Part shown: one piece after another, positions 10,447 through 18,821 of the stretch
How the letters are laid out: the number at the start of each line of letters is the position of its first letter
How positions within the stretch are numbered: the first letter of the stretch is position 1
Origin: Planctomycetota bacterium
GTDB taxonomy: Bacteria > Planctomycetota > UBA11346
Length of the DNA stretch: 64,000 nucleotides
Reading direction: 5' to 3'
NCBI GenBank assembly: GCA_025055595.1
Contig: JANWWU010000022.1
Span: forward strand, 429 to 64,428
Position numbers and translations under genes: made by a program
The notes under the pieces: model-generated
The model's database searches: none
What the model was told of the DNA's origin: nothing
What the model saw: only the letters and a program-made list of their open reading frames with translations

Positions 10447-11232
10447 ATGGATCCGGCGGCGGCGATCGCCCGGCTGTGGGAGCTGGCGCCGGCGCTGTTG
10501 CTCGCGCTCTGCCGCCTCGGCGCGCTGTTCTTCACTGCGCCCCTGCTCGGCGGGCCCTTCGTCCCCGTCCGCGTCAAGGTCTGGCTGACGCTGGCGATCG
10601 CCGTCGTCGCCCTGCCGACGCTCGCCCCGCACCTGCCGGCCGCGCTGCCGAGCGACGGGCGCTACCTGCTGCTGATCGCCGCCGAGCTGGCGATCGGGGC
10701 GGCGATCGGCTTCTCGGCCAGCTGCGTCTTCGAGGGCGTCCGCACCGGCGGCGAGCTGATCAACCGCTATGCCGGCTTCACCGCTGCCGAGAACTTCGAC
10801 CCCGAGTCCGGCATCGGCGAGGGCCCGATCGGCGACCTGCTGATGGTCGGGATGGTGCTGATCTTCCTCGTCGCCGACGCGCACCTGTACCTGATCGCCG
10901 CCCTGGCGATGAGCTACGCGGCGGTGCCGCTGGGGGCCTTCGTCGTCGGACCGGCAGTGCTGCAGACCGCCGCCCTCGCTAGCGATCAGTGCCTGGCGCT
11001 CGCGGCCGCGATCTCGTTCCCCGTGCTGACCGTGGTCCTGCTGATCACGGTCGCCGAGGGCGTGCTGACCAAGGCGGTGCCGCAGATCAATGTCCTGTTC
11101 ATCAGCTTCGCGGTGAAGATCCTCGCCAGCCTGCTCGTGCTCTACGCCGCGATGCCGGCGATCGTCGGCTTCATGGGGCAGGCGGTGCTGATCGTCCGCC
11201 GCCTCAGCGAGGCCATGCTGCTCGCCCTGTAG
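10447..11232 (+). CDS. fliR: flagellar export gate protein FliR
   Basis: R..ALF..AP, P.RVK, E..IG, KAVPQINV; follows fliQ. Confidence 0.92.
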   Translation: MDPAAAIARLWELAPALLLALCRLGALFFTAPLLGGPFVPVRVKVWLTLAIAVVALPTLAPHLPAALPSDGRYLLLIAAELAIGAAIGFSASCVFEGVRTGGELINRYAGFTAAENFDPESGIGEGPIGDLLMVGMVLIFLVADAHLYLIAALAMSYAAVPLGAFVVGPAVLQTAALASDQCLALAAAISFPVLTVVLLITVAEGVLTKAVPQINVLFISFAVKILASLLVLYAAMPAIVGFMGQAVLIVRRLSEAMLLAL

Positions 11233-11286
11233 CGGGCGGCGCCGCTGGCGGTTTCCCCTTCCGCCGTCGCGCTACAAGCGCGGCGC

Positions 11287-12600
11287 ATGCCGCGCACGGT
11301 CTTCTTCGAGACCTTCGGCTGTCAGATGAACACCGCCGACAGCGAGGCGATGCTGACGGCGCTGCGCCGCGCCGGCTGGCAGCCGACCGAGGATGTGGAG
11401 AGCGCCGACCTCGTCGTCTTCAACACCTGCGCGGTCCGCGACCACGCCGAGGCCAAGGTGCGCTCGCGCTTGGGCCTGCTGCGCGAGCTCAAGCAGCGCC
11501 GGCCGCAGCTGCGCATCGCGCTCGCCGGCTGCATGGCGCAGCGCGAGGGCCGCGCCTTGCTCGCCCGCCATCCGCAGCTCGATCTCGTCGTCGGCACCTC
11601 GCAGTTCTCGCGCCTGCCCGAGCTCGTCGAGCGCCTGCACGAGGAGCCCCGGATCGCCGCCCTCGACTTCGAGGACTGGGACGAGCGCGAGCGCGCCGAT
11701 GTCGAGCCGGCGCCCGGCGTCAACGCCTTCGTGCCGATCATGCGCGGCTGCAACTACACCTGCACCTACTGCGTGGTGCCGATGACGCGCGGCCGCGAGC
11801 AGTCGCGGCGCCCGGAGGCGATCGAGGCCGAGGTCCGGCGCCTGGTCGCCGCCGGCTACCGCCAGGTGACGCTGCTCGGGCAGACGGTCGATGCCTATGG
11901 CAAGACGCTCGGCGACGGCACGACCCTGGCGGGCCTGCTGCGCCGGCTGCATGCGATCGACGGCCTGCTGCGCATCCGCTTCGTCACCAGCCACCCCAAG
12001 GACATCACCGACGAGCTGCTCGCGACCATCGCCGAGCTGCCCAAGGTCGCGCGCCATCTCCATGTGCCGGCGCAGTCGGGATCCGATCGCATCCTGCGGC
12101 TGATGGGCCGCCGCTACACCAGCGACGAGTACCTGCGCCTGGTCGAGCGCGCGCGGCGCTTCGTGCCGGACATCGAGCTGGTCTCCGACTTCATCGTCGG
12201 TTTTCCGACTGAAAGCGACGACGACTACGCGGCGACCGAGCGGCTGCTCGACCGCGTCGGCTTCGCTGCGGCCTTCGTCTTCATGTATTCTCCCCGCCCG
12301 GGGACGCCGGCGACGCGCCTGGCCGACGATGTGCCGGAGCCGGTCAAGCGCGAGCGCTGCCAGCGCCTGCTCGAGCGCCAGCTGGCGCAGCAGGAAGCCC
12401 AGCACCGCGCCCTGCTCGGCAGCGTCCTGCCCGTGCTCTTCGAGGGCCCGTCGAAGACCGATCCCGGGATGCTGTTCGGCCGCAGCGCCGGGCAGCGTGC
12501 GGTGATCGCGCCGCGAGACGATGCTCTGATCGGACGCATCGTGCCGGTGCGCATCGCGCGCTGTACCGCGTTGACGCTCTATGGCGATCCCCTGCCGTGA
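11287..12600 (+). CDS. miaB: tRNA-2-methylthio-N6-dimethylallyladenosine synthase
   Basis: TFGCQMN, NTCAVR, GCNYTCTYCVVP radical SAM motif, DFIVGFP, YSPRPGT, TRAM domain. Confidence 0.95.
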   Translation: MPRTVFFETFGCQMNTADSEAMLTALRRAGWQPTEDVESADLVVFNTCAVRDHAEAKVRSRLGLLRELKQRRPQLRIALAGCMAQREGRALLARHPQLDLVVGTSQFSRLPELVERLHEEPRIAALDFEDWDERERADVEPAPGVNAFVPIMRGCNYTCTYCVVPMTRGREQSRRPEAIEAEVRRLVAAGYRQVTLLGQTVDAYGKTLGDGTTLAGLLRRLHAIDGLLRIRFVTSHPKDITDELLATIAELPKVARHLHVPAQSGSDRILRLMGRRYTSDEYLRLVERARRFVPDIELVSDFIVGFPTESDDDYAATERLLDRVGFAAAFVFMYSPRPGTPATRLADDVPEPVKRERCQRLLERQLAQQEAQHRALLGSVLPVLFEGPSKTDPGMLFGRSAGQRAVIAPRDDALIGRIVPVRIARCTALTLYGDPLP

Positions 12601-12641
12601 GGCGGCGGTTGCCTGGCGGCCGCCGCTGACACCCTGAGACC

Positions 12642-14384
12642 GTGCTGCGGCGAACGCGCGCGTGGCAGCCCGAACCGGTCCTCGGCGACGTCGTGCGCGA
12701 GCTCGAGCATGAGCTCGGGGTGTCGCGCCTCGTCGCCACCCTGCTGTCACAGCGCGGCATCACCAGCGCCGCGCAGGCGACGAGCTGGCTGCAGAAGCGC
12801 CTCGGCGACCTCCATGCCCCGCAGGCGATGGCCGACATGCCGCGCGCCGCGCACTGCCTCGCCGAGGCGATCGCGCAGCGGCGGCGCATCCTGATCCACG
12901 GCGACTACGATGTCGACGGGACGACGGCGGCGGCGCTGCTCGCCCGCTTCTGCCGGGCCTGCGCGCACGACGCTGTGATCTGGATCCCGCATCGGCGCAT
13001 CGACGGCTACGGTCTCTCCGAAGCCAGCCTGGAGGCGGCGCGCGCCCAGGGCGCGCAGCTGGTGGTGACCGTCGACTGCGGGATCAGCGACCACGGCTGG
13101 GCGCAGCGCATCGAAGAGGCGCTCGGCTGCCCGGTGCTCGTCACCGATCATCACCTGCCCAGCGGAGAACGGCCGCGCTGCACGGCGGTCGTCAACCCCA
13201 ATCGCCCCGACTGCCCCTATCCTGACAAGCACCTGGCCGGCGTCGGCGTCGCTTGGAAGCTCGCCTGGGCGACGGCCAGCGAACTGTGCGGCAGCGAGCG
13301 CGTCAGCGAGCGGCTGCGCGATTTCCTGATCGATGCCCTGGCCCTGGTCGCGCTCGGGACGATCGCCGACTGCGCGCCGCTGATCGGCGAGAACCGCATC
13401 CTCGTGCACCACGGGCTCAAGCAGCTGGCGCGCACCGCCGATCCCGGCCTGCGCGCCTTGCTGGCGCACTGCGACCTGCAGGGGGTGGAGCCGACGAGCG
13501 GCGATGTCAGCTGGCGCCTGGCCCCGCTGCTCAATGCCAGCGGGCGGATGGACAGCGCGATGAACACCATCGCCCTGCTGACGGCACGCGATGCGGCGGC
13601 GGCGCAGGCGGCGTTGGCCCGGGTGGTCGCCGAGAACGATGAGCGCCGCCGCGTCACGCAGCAGCTCAGCGAGGATCTGCTGGCGCGCGCCGAGCACGAC
13701 CCGCAGCTGGCGACGCGCGCGGCCCTGGTCTACGCCGGCGAGGGTTGGCACCCTGGAGTGATCGGCATCGTCGCCAGCCGCCTGCTCGAGCGCTTCGCGC
13801 GGCCGACGGCGGTGATTGCGATCGACGGCGGGGTGGCCAAGGGCAGCCTGCGCTCCGTTCCGGCAGTGCCGCTTGGCGAGGCGCTGGCAGCCTGCCGCCC
13901 CTGGCTGAGCAGCGGCGGCGGGCATGCCTTGGCCGCCGGCATCACCCTCGCGCCGGAGGCGATCCCCGGCTTCGCCGCGGCCTTCGAGCGCCATGTCGCG
14001 GCGCGCCTGCCGCCGGGGACGCTGGTCCCCCGCACCTGCTACGATGCCGAGGCGCACATCCACGAGCTCGACGAAGCATTCTTCAACTTCGTCGGCCAGA
14101 TGCCGCCCTTCGGCATCGGCAACCGCGAGCCGGTGCTGCGCCTGCGCCAGGCGATCTGCGCTGGCCGGCCGCGCTTCGTCGGCCGGGAGGGCGAGCATGT
14201 GACCACCGCGATCACCGATGGCGGCGGCGGCCTGCGCCAGCTGTGGGTGTGGAACGGTGCGCGCATCTTCGCCGATCTCGCCTACCCCGGACGGCGCTTC
14301 GACCTGCTGGTGCGTCCGGAGCGCCGCCCCGGCCGCGAACAGTGGCTGCACCGCCTGATCTTCGTCGATGGGACGGTGCTGTGA
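12642..14384 (+). CDS. recJ: single-stranded DNA exonuclease RecJ
   Basis: HGDYDVDG, TVDCG, TDHH, GTIAD, P.LNASGR, GGHALAAG, PFGIGN. Confidence 0.94.
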   Translation: MLRRTRAWQPEPVLGDVVRELEHELGVSRLVATLLSQRGITSAAQATSWLQKRLGDLHAPQAMADMPRAAHCLAEAIAQRRRILIHGDYDVDGTTAAALLARFCRACAHDAVIWIPHRRIDGYGLSEASLEAARAQGAQLVVTVDCGISDHGWAQRIEEALGCPVLVTDHHLPSGERPRCTAVVNPNRPDCPYPDKHLAGVGVAWKLAWATASELCGSERVSERLRDFLIDALALVALGTIADCAPLIGENRILVHHGLKQLARTADPGLRALLAHCDLQGVEPTSGDVSWRLAPLLNASGRMDSAMNTIALLTARDAAAAQAALARVVAENDERRRVTQQLSEDLLARAEHDPQLATRAALVYAGEGWHPGVIGIVASRLLERFARPTAVIAIDGGVAKGSLRSVPAVPLGEALAACRPWLSSGGGHALAAGITLAPEAIPGFAAAFERHVAARLPPGTLVPRTCYDAEAHIHELDEAFFNFVGQMPPFGIGNREPVLRLRQAICAGRPRFVGREGEHVTTAITDGGGGLRQLWVWNGARIFADLAYPGRRFDLLVRPERRPGREQWLHRLIFVDGTVL

Positions 14385-15268
14385 TGGCGCGCGACCTGCT
14401 CGCCGGCTGCCCCTGGCTGCGGCGGACCAGCATGCGCGCGGTCGTGCTCGGCGCGGCGGCGGTGCCCGGATGCTGCGGACGCGCCCTGGCCTACGGCTGC
14501 GGCTGGCTGGCGTGGTGGTGCGATGCCCGCGGCCGGCGCGTGGTCGAGCGGCGGCTGGCGCGGGCGGTGCCGGCACCGGACGCACGCGCCCGCGCAGTGC
14601 GCCGCAGCTATACCGACTTTGCGCTGACGCTCTTCGATGCCGCGCGGCTGCCGTCGCGGGATTGGCCGCGACCCGGCAGCATCGAGATCCACGACCCGCA
14701 TGGCGTGTTCCGCTCCCGCCCCCTGTTCGGCCCGGCGATCCTGGTTTCGGCGCACAGCCACTGGGACCTGCTGGCAGCGGCCCTGCATCGCCTTGGGCTG
14801 ACCGATGGCATCCTGGCGCCGACCCTGTCCTACGGCGACCGCAAGCTCGACGCCTGGCTGGCCAGCCAGCGCCACCGCTGGGGCTGCCGGACGGTCGCGC
14901 TCGAGCGTGCGCCCTTGGCGCTGTTGCGCGCGCTGTACGACGGGCAGATCATCGGGCTGCTCATCGATCGCGACTACACAGGCCACGGCATCGCGGGGCG
15001 CTTTCTCGGGCAGCCGACCCGCCTGCCGAGCGGACCAGCCGCGCTCGCGCTGCAGAGCGGGGCCCCGGTGATCCCGCTGTGGCTGGCGCGGCGCAGCACG
15101 ACCCGCTTCGCGCTGTTCGTCGGTCAGCCCCTGCGGCCCTCGCCGCTCGCCACGCGCAGCGCGTGCATCGTCGATCTCACCGAGCGGATCGCCGATGCGC
15201 TCAGCCGCATGCTGGCGGCCGCGCCCGCGCAGTGGGTCGCCTTCCACGACGATCGTTATGCACACTGA
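14384..15268 (+). CDS. lipid A lauroyl/lysophospholipid acyltransferase family protein
   Basis: ILVSAHSHWD, IGLLIDRD, FLGQP..LP.GPAALA..SGAPV, PAQW. Confidence 0.8.
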   Translation: MARDLLAGCPWLRRTSMRAVVLGAAAVPGCCGRALAYGCGWLAWWCDARGRRVVERRLARAVPAPDARARAVRRSYTDFALTLFDAARLPSRDWPRPGSIEIHDPHGVFRSRPLFGPAILVSAHSHWDLLAAALHRLGLTDGILAPTLSYGDRKLDAWLASQRHRWGCRTVALERAPLALLRALYDGQIIGLLIDRDYTGHGIAGRFLGQPTRLPSGPAALALQSGAPVIPLWLARRSTTRFALFVGQPLRPSPLATRSACIVDLTERIADALSRMLAAAPAQWVAFHDDRYAH

Positions 15269-15833
15269 GACCGAACTCAAATGGGCGCTCGATGCTGCCG
15301 GGCATGCCGCCCTGGCTCAGCGCCTCGCCGAGCTGCTCGGCCCGCCGCTGCAGCTGGCCCAGGAGAACCGCTTCTACGACACGGCCGACCGCCGGCTGCG
15401 CGCCGCCGGGCTCTCGGTGCGCGTGCGCCGAGAGAACGGCCGCCTGCTGCTGACCTGCAAGGGGCGCGGACGGATGGCGCGCGATGGCACCGGCACCCAT
15501 CGCCGCGAAGAGTGGGAGCGGGAGCTGCCGGCGGGCAGCGCGGAACCACTTGCCGAGCTGCTGCCCGAACGCTGGCGCGCGGCGCTCGGCGACGGCCGGC
15601 TGCAGCTGCTCGGCGGCTTCAGCAACCGGCGCCAGCAGTGGCGCGATGGTCCGCACCTGCTGTGCCTCGACGACACCGATTTCGGGGTGCGCCACGACTA
15701 CGAGCTCGAGATCGAGACGGCGCAGCCGGCGGCGGCGCACGCCCGCTGGGCGACGCTGCTCGCGGCGTGGGGCATCGCGTGGGAGCCGCAGCCGCACACC
15801 AAGCTGTGGCGCTGGCTGGCGCTCGTCGGTTGA
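15258..15833 (+). CDS. CYTH domain protein
   Basis: ETELK, QENRFYDT, VRVR, LTCKG, YELEIE. Confidence 0.88.
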   Translation: MHTETELKWALDAAGHAALAQRLAELLGPPLQLAQENRFYDTADRRLRAAGLSVRVRRENGRLLLTCKGRGRMARDGTGTHRREEWERELPAGSAEPLAELLPERWRAALGDGRLQLLGGFSNRRQQWRDGPHLLCLDDTDFGVRHDYELEIETAQPAAAHARWATLLAAWGIAWEPQPHTKLWRWLALVG

Positions 15834-15834
15834 C

Positions 15835-17448
15835 TCAGAAATCGATGGCGGCGCCGGCGGCGACGGCGAAGGCCTGCGGGTATTCTTCTTTGTTGATCGA
15901 GATGGTCTTGGTCGAGAGCGCGGCGCCGACATCGAAACGGATCAGCCACAGATCGAGGCCGAGGCCGGCATGCAGCATCCAGGCCGGTTCTGGAGCTGCG
16001 AAGTCATAGGAGCCGCCGGCACGCAGCGCGAGGACGCGCAGGATGTCCCACTCCGCGCCGAGGCCGAGGCGCTGGCTCGCCGTTTCGAACTCGAGCTCGC
16101 GCTGCGTTCCGGGCGGCAAGGCGGGGCGCTCGCTGACGGTGCGGAAGCGCGTGCGGTTCTCCGTGACATCGATCTCGGCAGCGAAGCACAGCGTCTCGTG
16201 GGGATAGAGCGCGATGCCGGCCGCGACCTGCGGTTCCAGCTCGATGTCATCGACGCGGAACCACTCGCCGTCGGCATCCTGGTAGCGGCTGCCTTCGAGG
16301 GTCGGGAAGCTGAGGTTGCGCCCGGTCAAGCCGAGCTGACCCCAGCCCCAGCGCGCGGCGACGCCGAGATCGATGCTGCCGGTGATGCTCTGCTGCGCGT
16401 TCTCCAGGCTGTCCTGGACATACTGCGAGAGATCGTCGGTATCGCGCGCTAAGCGCACTTTCGCCGCGCCGATCTGGCCGACGATCAGCCTGAGGTTGCC
16501 GCCGACGGCGAAGCGCTCGTCGATCGGCCAGCCGAAGGTCAACGGGACCTCCGTCGCCGTGTAGGCGATGGCGATCGCTGCCGTCTGGTTGTTGGCGATC
16601 GAGGTGCTCGCATTGAATCCAGAGCCATTGATCGCCTGGATCAGAGGCCCGGCGCCCGTCGCACCGACCAGGCTGTCGACCTGTTGTTGTGTGATGCCTG
16701 CTTGCTGCGCGGCGAAGTCCATGCGGCGGATCGCTTCGTCAGCGGCTGCCCCGCCGCCGAGGGCGTTGTAGAGGAAGGTGTAGGTCGGGGTGCCCGGCAC
16801 GAACACCGTCGGCTGGTGCGCGCTGCTGTAGCCTGCAGGCATCGGCGTCTGATTGATGTCGTTCACCACCTGCTGCAGCGTGTTCGTGCCGAACCCGAGG
16901 TTGACGCGGTCGACATCGGCGAAGCCGACCAGCGCTTCAGCGAACTGGCGGACGCCGAGGCCGAGGCGCCAGACGCGGATGTTCAGCACGGAGAGCTGGG
17001 CCTGTACGCTGACGAAGTCGCGGTCAGGCACGAAGCGGTTGAAGGCATCGAGGGCCGTGAGCGCCCACTCGATGTCGCGCGGGTTGGCCTGCGCCGTGCC
17101 GAGGTTCTGCAGGCGGCTGACATCGGCTTGCGCCAGACGATCGATCCAATCAGCAAGCTGCCCCTGCACCTCGGCGGCGACGCCGAGATCGAGCAGACCG
17201 ACGCCCCAGTCCTTGCGGCCGATGAAGTTCGCGTCGGCCGGCACAGGCCCTCCATCGGCGTTAGTCATCCAGAACCAGCCGTACATCGCCGGGTTCCAGA
17301 AGCTGGCGTTGTGATCGTGGGCAGTGGCGGTGCCGACCCCGCCCATGCCGAGGGCCCGCGGCCCGACGATGTGCGAGTCCATCGCGCCGAGCGTCGCGAC
17401 GCTGGCCAGCGCCGAGCCTGCGGCGAGGTGAAAAAGCCATGCTCGCAT
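15835..17448 (-). CDS. outer-membrane beta-barrel, TraF_2/PorV-like
   Basis: Signal peptide, GPRALGMGG....A...A.FWNPA motif, ALRAG, C-terminal Phe. Confidence 0.75.
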   Translation of the reverse strand: MRAWLFHLAAGSALASVATLGAMDSHIVGPRALGMGGVGTATAHDHNASFWNPAMYGWFWMTNADGGPVPADANFIGRKDWGVGLLDLGVAAEVQGQLADWIDRLAQADVSRLQNLGTAQANPRDIEWALTALDAFNRFVPDRDFVSVQAQLSVLNIRVWRLGLGVRQFAEALVGFADVDRVNLGFGTNTLQQVVNDINQTPMPAGYSSAHQPTVFVPGTPTYTFLYNALGGGAAADEAIRRMDFAAQQAGITQQQVDSLVGATGAGPLIQAINGSGFNASTSIANNQTAAIAIAYTATEVPLTFGWPIDERFAVGGNLRLIVGQIGAAKVRLARDTDDLSQYVQDSLENAQQSITGSIDLGVAARWGWGQLGLTGRNLSFPTLEGSRYQDADGEWFRVDDIELEPQVAAGIALYPHETLCFAAEIDVTENRTRFRTVSERPALPPGTQRELEFETASQRLGLGAEWDILRVLALRAGGSYDFAAPEPAWMLHAGLGLDLWLIRFDVGAALSTKTISINKEEYPQAFAVAAGAAIDF

Positions 17449-17492
17449 GTGGTACTCCCGAAGCTTAACACACTATATCGCACTGACCACTT

Positions 17493-18821
17493 ATGCTAGC
17501 GCCAGGAGCCGAGCGCGGGGGGGATGGCAAGGCGACAGCGCCGACGGTGCTCGTCGTCGACGACGACGCTGCCGTCTGCTGGGCCGTCGAGCGGGCGCTC
17601 GCGGCGGCTGGCTGGCGGGTGCTCGTTGCCGCCGATGCCCGCGCCGCGCAGCGCCTCGCCGCTCAGGCCGACGCAGTGCTGACCGATGTGCGGATGCCGG
17701 GCAGCAGCGGCCTCGAACTGCTAAGCTGGCTGCGCGCGCAGCGGCCGCAGATCCCGGTGGTCGTGATGACCGCCTATGGCCACCTCGACAGCGCCGTCGC
17801 CGCCGTTGCCCGCGGGGCCTTCGACTACCTGGCCAAGCCCCTCGATCTCGATCGCCTGCAGGGCGTGCTGGCGCGCGCCCTCGGCGAGACGCCGCTGGCT
17901 GCCGCCGCTCGTCCGCAGGCCGGCTTCGCCGAGGACGGGGTGATCGGCAGCTCGCCGGCGATGCAGGAGGTGTACCGCCGACTGGCGGCTGCGGTCGTCG
18001 CGCCGGTGGCGGTGCTGATCACCGGTCCGGCCGGCAGCGGCAAGGAGCTGCTCGCCCGCGTGCTGCACCGCCATGCCTGCGGTGCCGCGGCGCCGATCGT
18101 CCGCGTGCCCTGCGCGCTGCTCGCTGAGCGCGCGGCCGAGGAGCTGACGGCGGCGCTGGCCGCGGCGCGCGGCGGCAGCCTGCTGCTGGACGAGGTCGAT
18201 GCCCTGTCGGCCCCGGCGCAGGCCGCCTTGCTGCAGGCGCTGCAGCGCGATGCCGGCTGCCGCCTGCTCAGCCTCGCGCGCCGCGATCTGCGCGTGCTCG
18301 CCAGCTCCGCCGCCTGGAACGCCGACCTCGCCGGCCGCCTGGCGACCGTGCACATCGCGCTGCCGCCGCTCGCCGAGCGCGCCGACGACATCCCGGCGCT
18401 GGTGCGCGCGCTACTGGCGCGCTGCGCGCAGCAGCTCGGGCGCGAGCTGGCGATCACCGAACGCGCGCTGGCGGCGCTCGGCGCCTACGCCTGGCCGGGC
18501 AATGTCCGCGAGCTGCGCCAGGTGATCGAGGAGGCCGCGGTGCTGGCGGTCGGCGGCGTCATCGACTGCGAGCACCTGCGGATCGATCCTGCGAGCCAGG
18601 CGGCGCCGCTCGGCTTCGCCGCCGCGGCCGCCCAGCTGGCGCGGCGCCTGCTGGACAGCCACCCCGGCAGCGTCCACGCGCGTGCCGTCGCCGAGCTCGA
18701 GATCGCGCTGGTGCGCGAGGCGCTGGCGCGCACGGGCGGCAATCAGCTGCGCGCCGCCGAGCTGCTCGGCATCAATCGCGCGACGCTGAAGAAGCGGATG
18801 GACGCCGCGGGAATCGCCTGA
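17493..18821 (+). CDS. NtrC-family response regulator (receiver-AAA+-Fis HTH), lacking GAFTGA
   Basis: VVDDD, TDVRMP, AKP; GPAGSGKE, LLLDE, WPGNVREL; GGNQLRAAELLGINR. Start uncertain (17493 or GTG 17547). Confidence 0.88.
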   Translation: MLAPGAERGGDGKATAPTVLVVDDDAAVCWAVERALAAAGWRVLVAADARAAQRLAAQADAVLTDVRMPGSSGLELLSWLRAQRPQIPVVVMTAYGHLDSAVAAVARGAFDYLAKPLDLDRLQGVLARALGETPLAAAARPQAGFAEDGVIGSSPAMQEVYRRLAAAVVAPVAVLITGPAGSGKELLARVLHRHACGAAAPIVRVPCALLAERAAEELTAALAAARGGSLLLDEVDALSAPAQAALLQALQRDAGCRLLSLARRDLRVLASSAAWNADLAGRLATVHIALPPLAERADDIPALVRALLARCAQQLGRELAITERALAALGAYAWPGNVRELRQVIEEAAVLAVGGVIDCEHLRIDPASQAAPLGFAAAAAQLARRLLDSHPGSVHARAVAELEIALVREALARTGGNQLRAAELLGINRATLKKRMDAAGIA

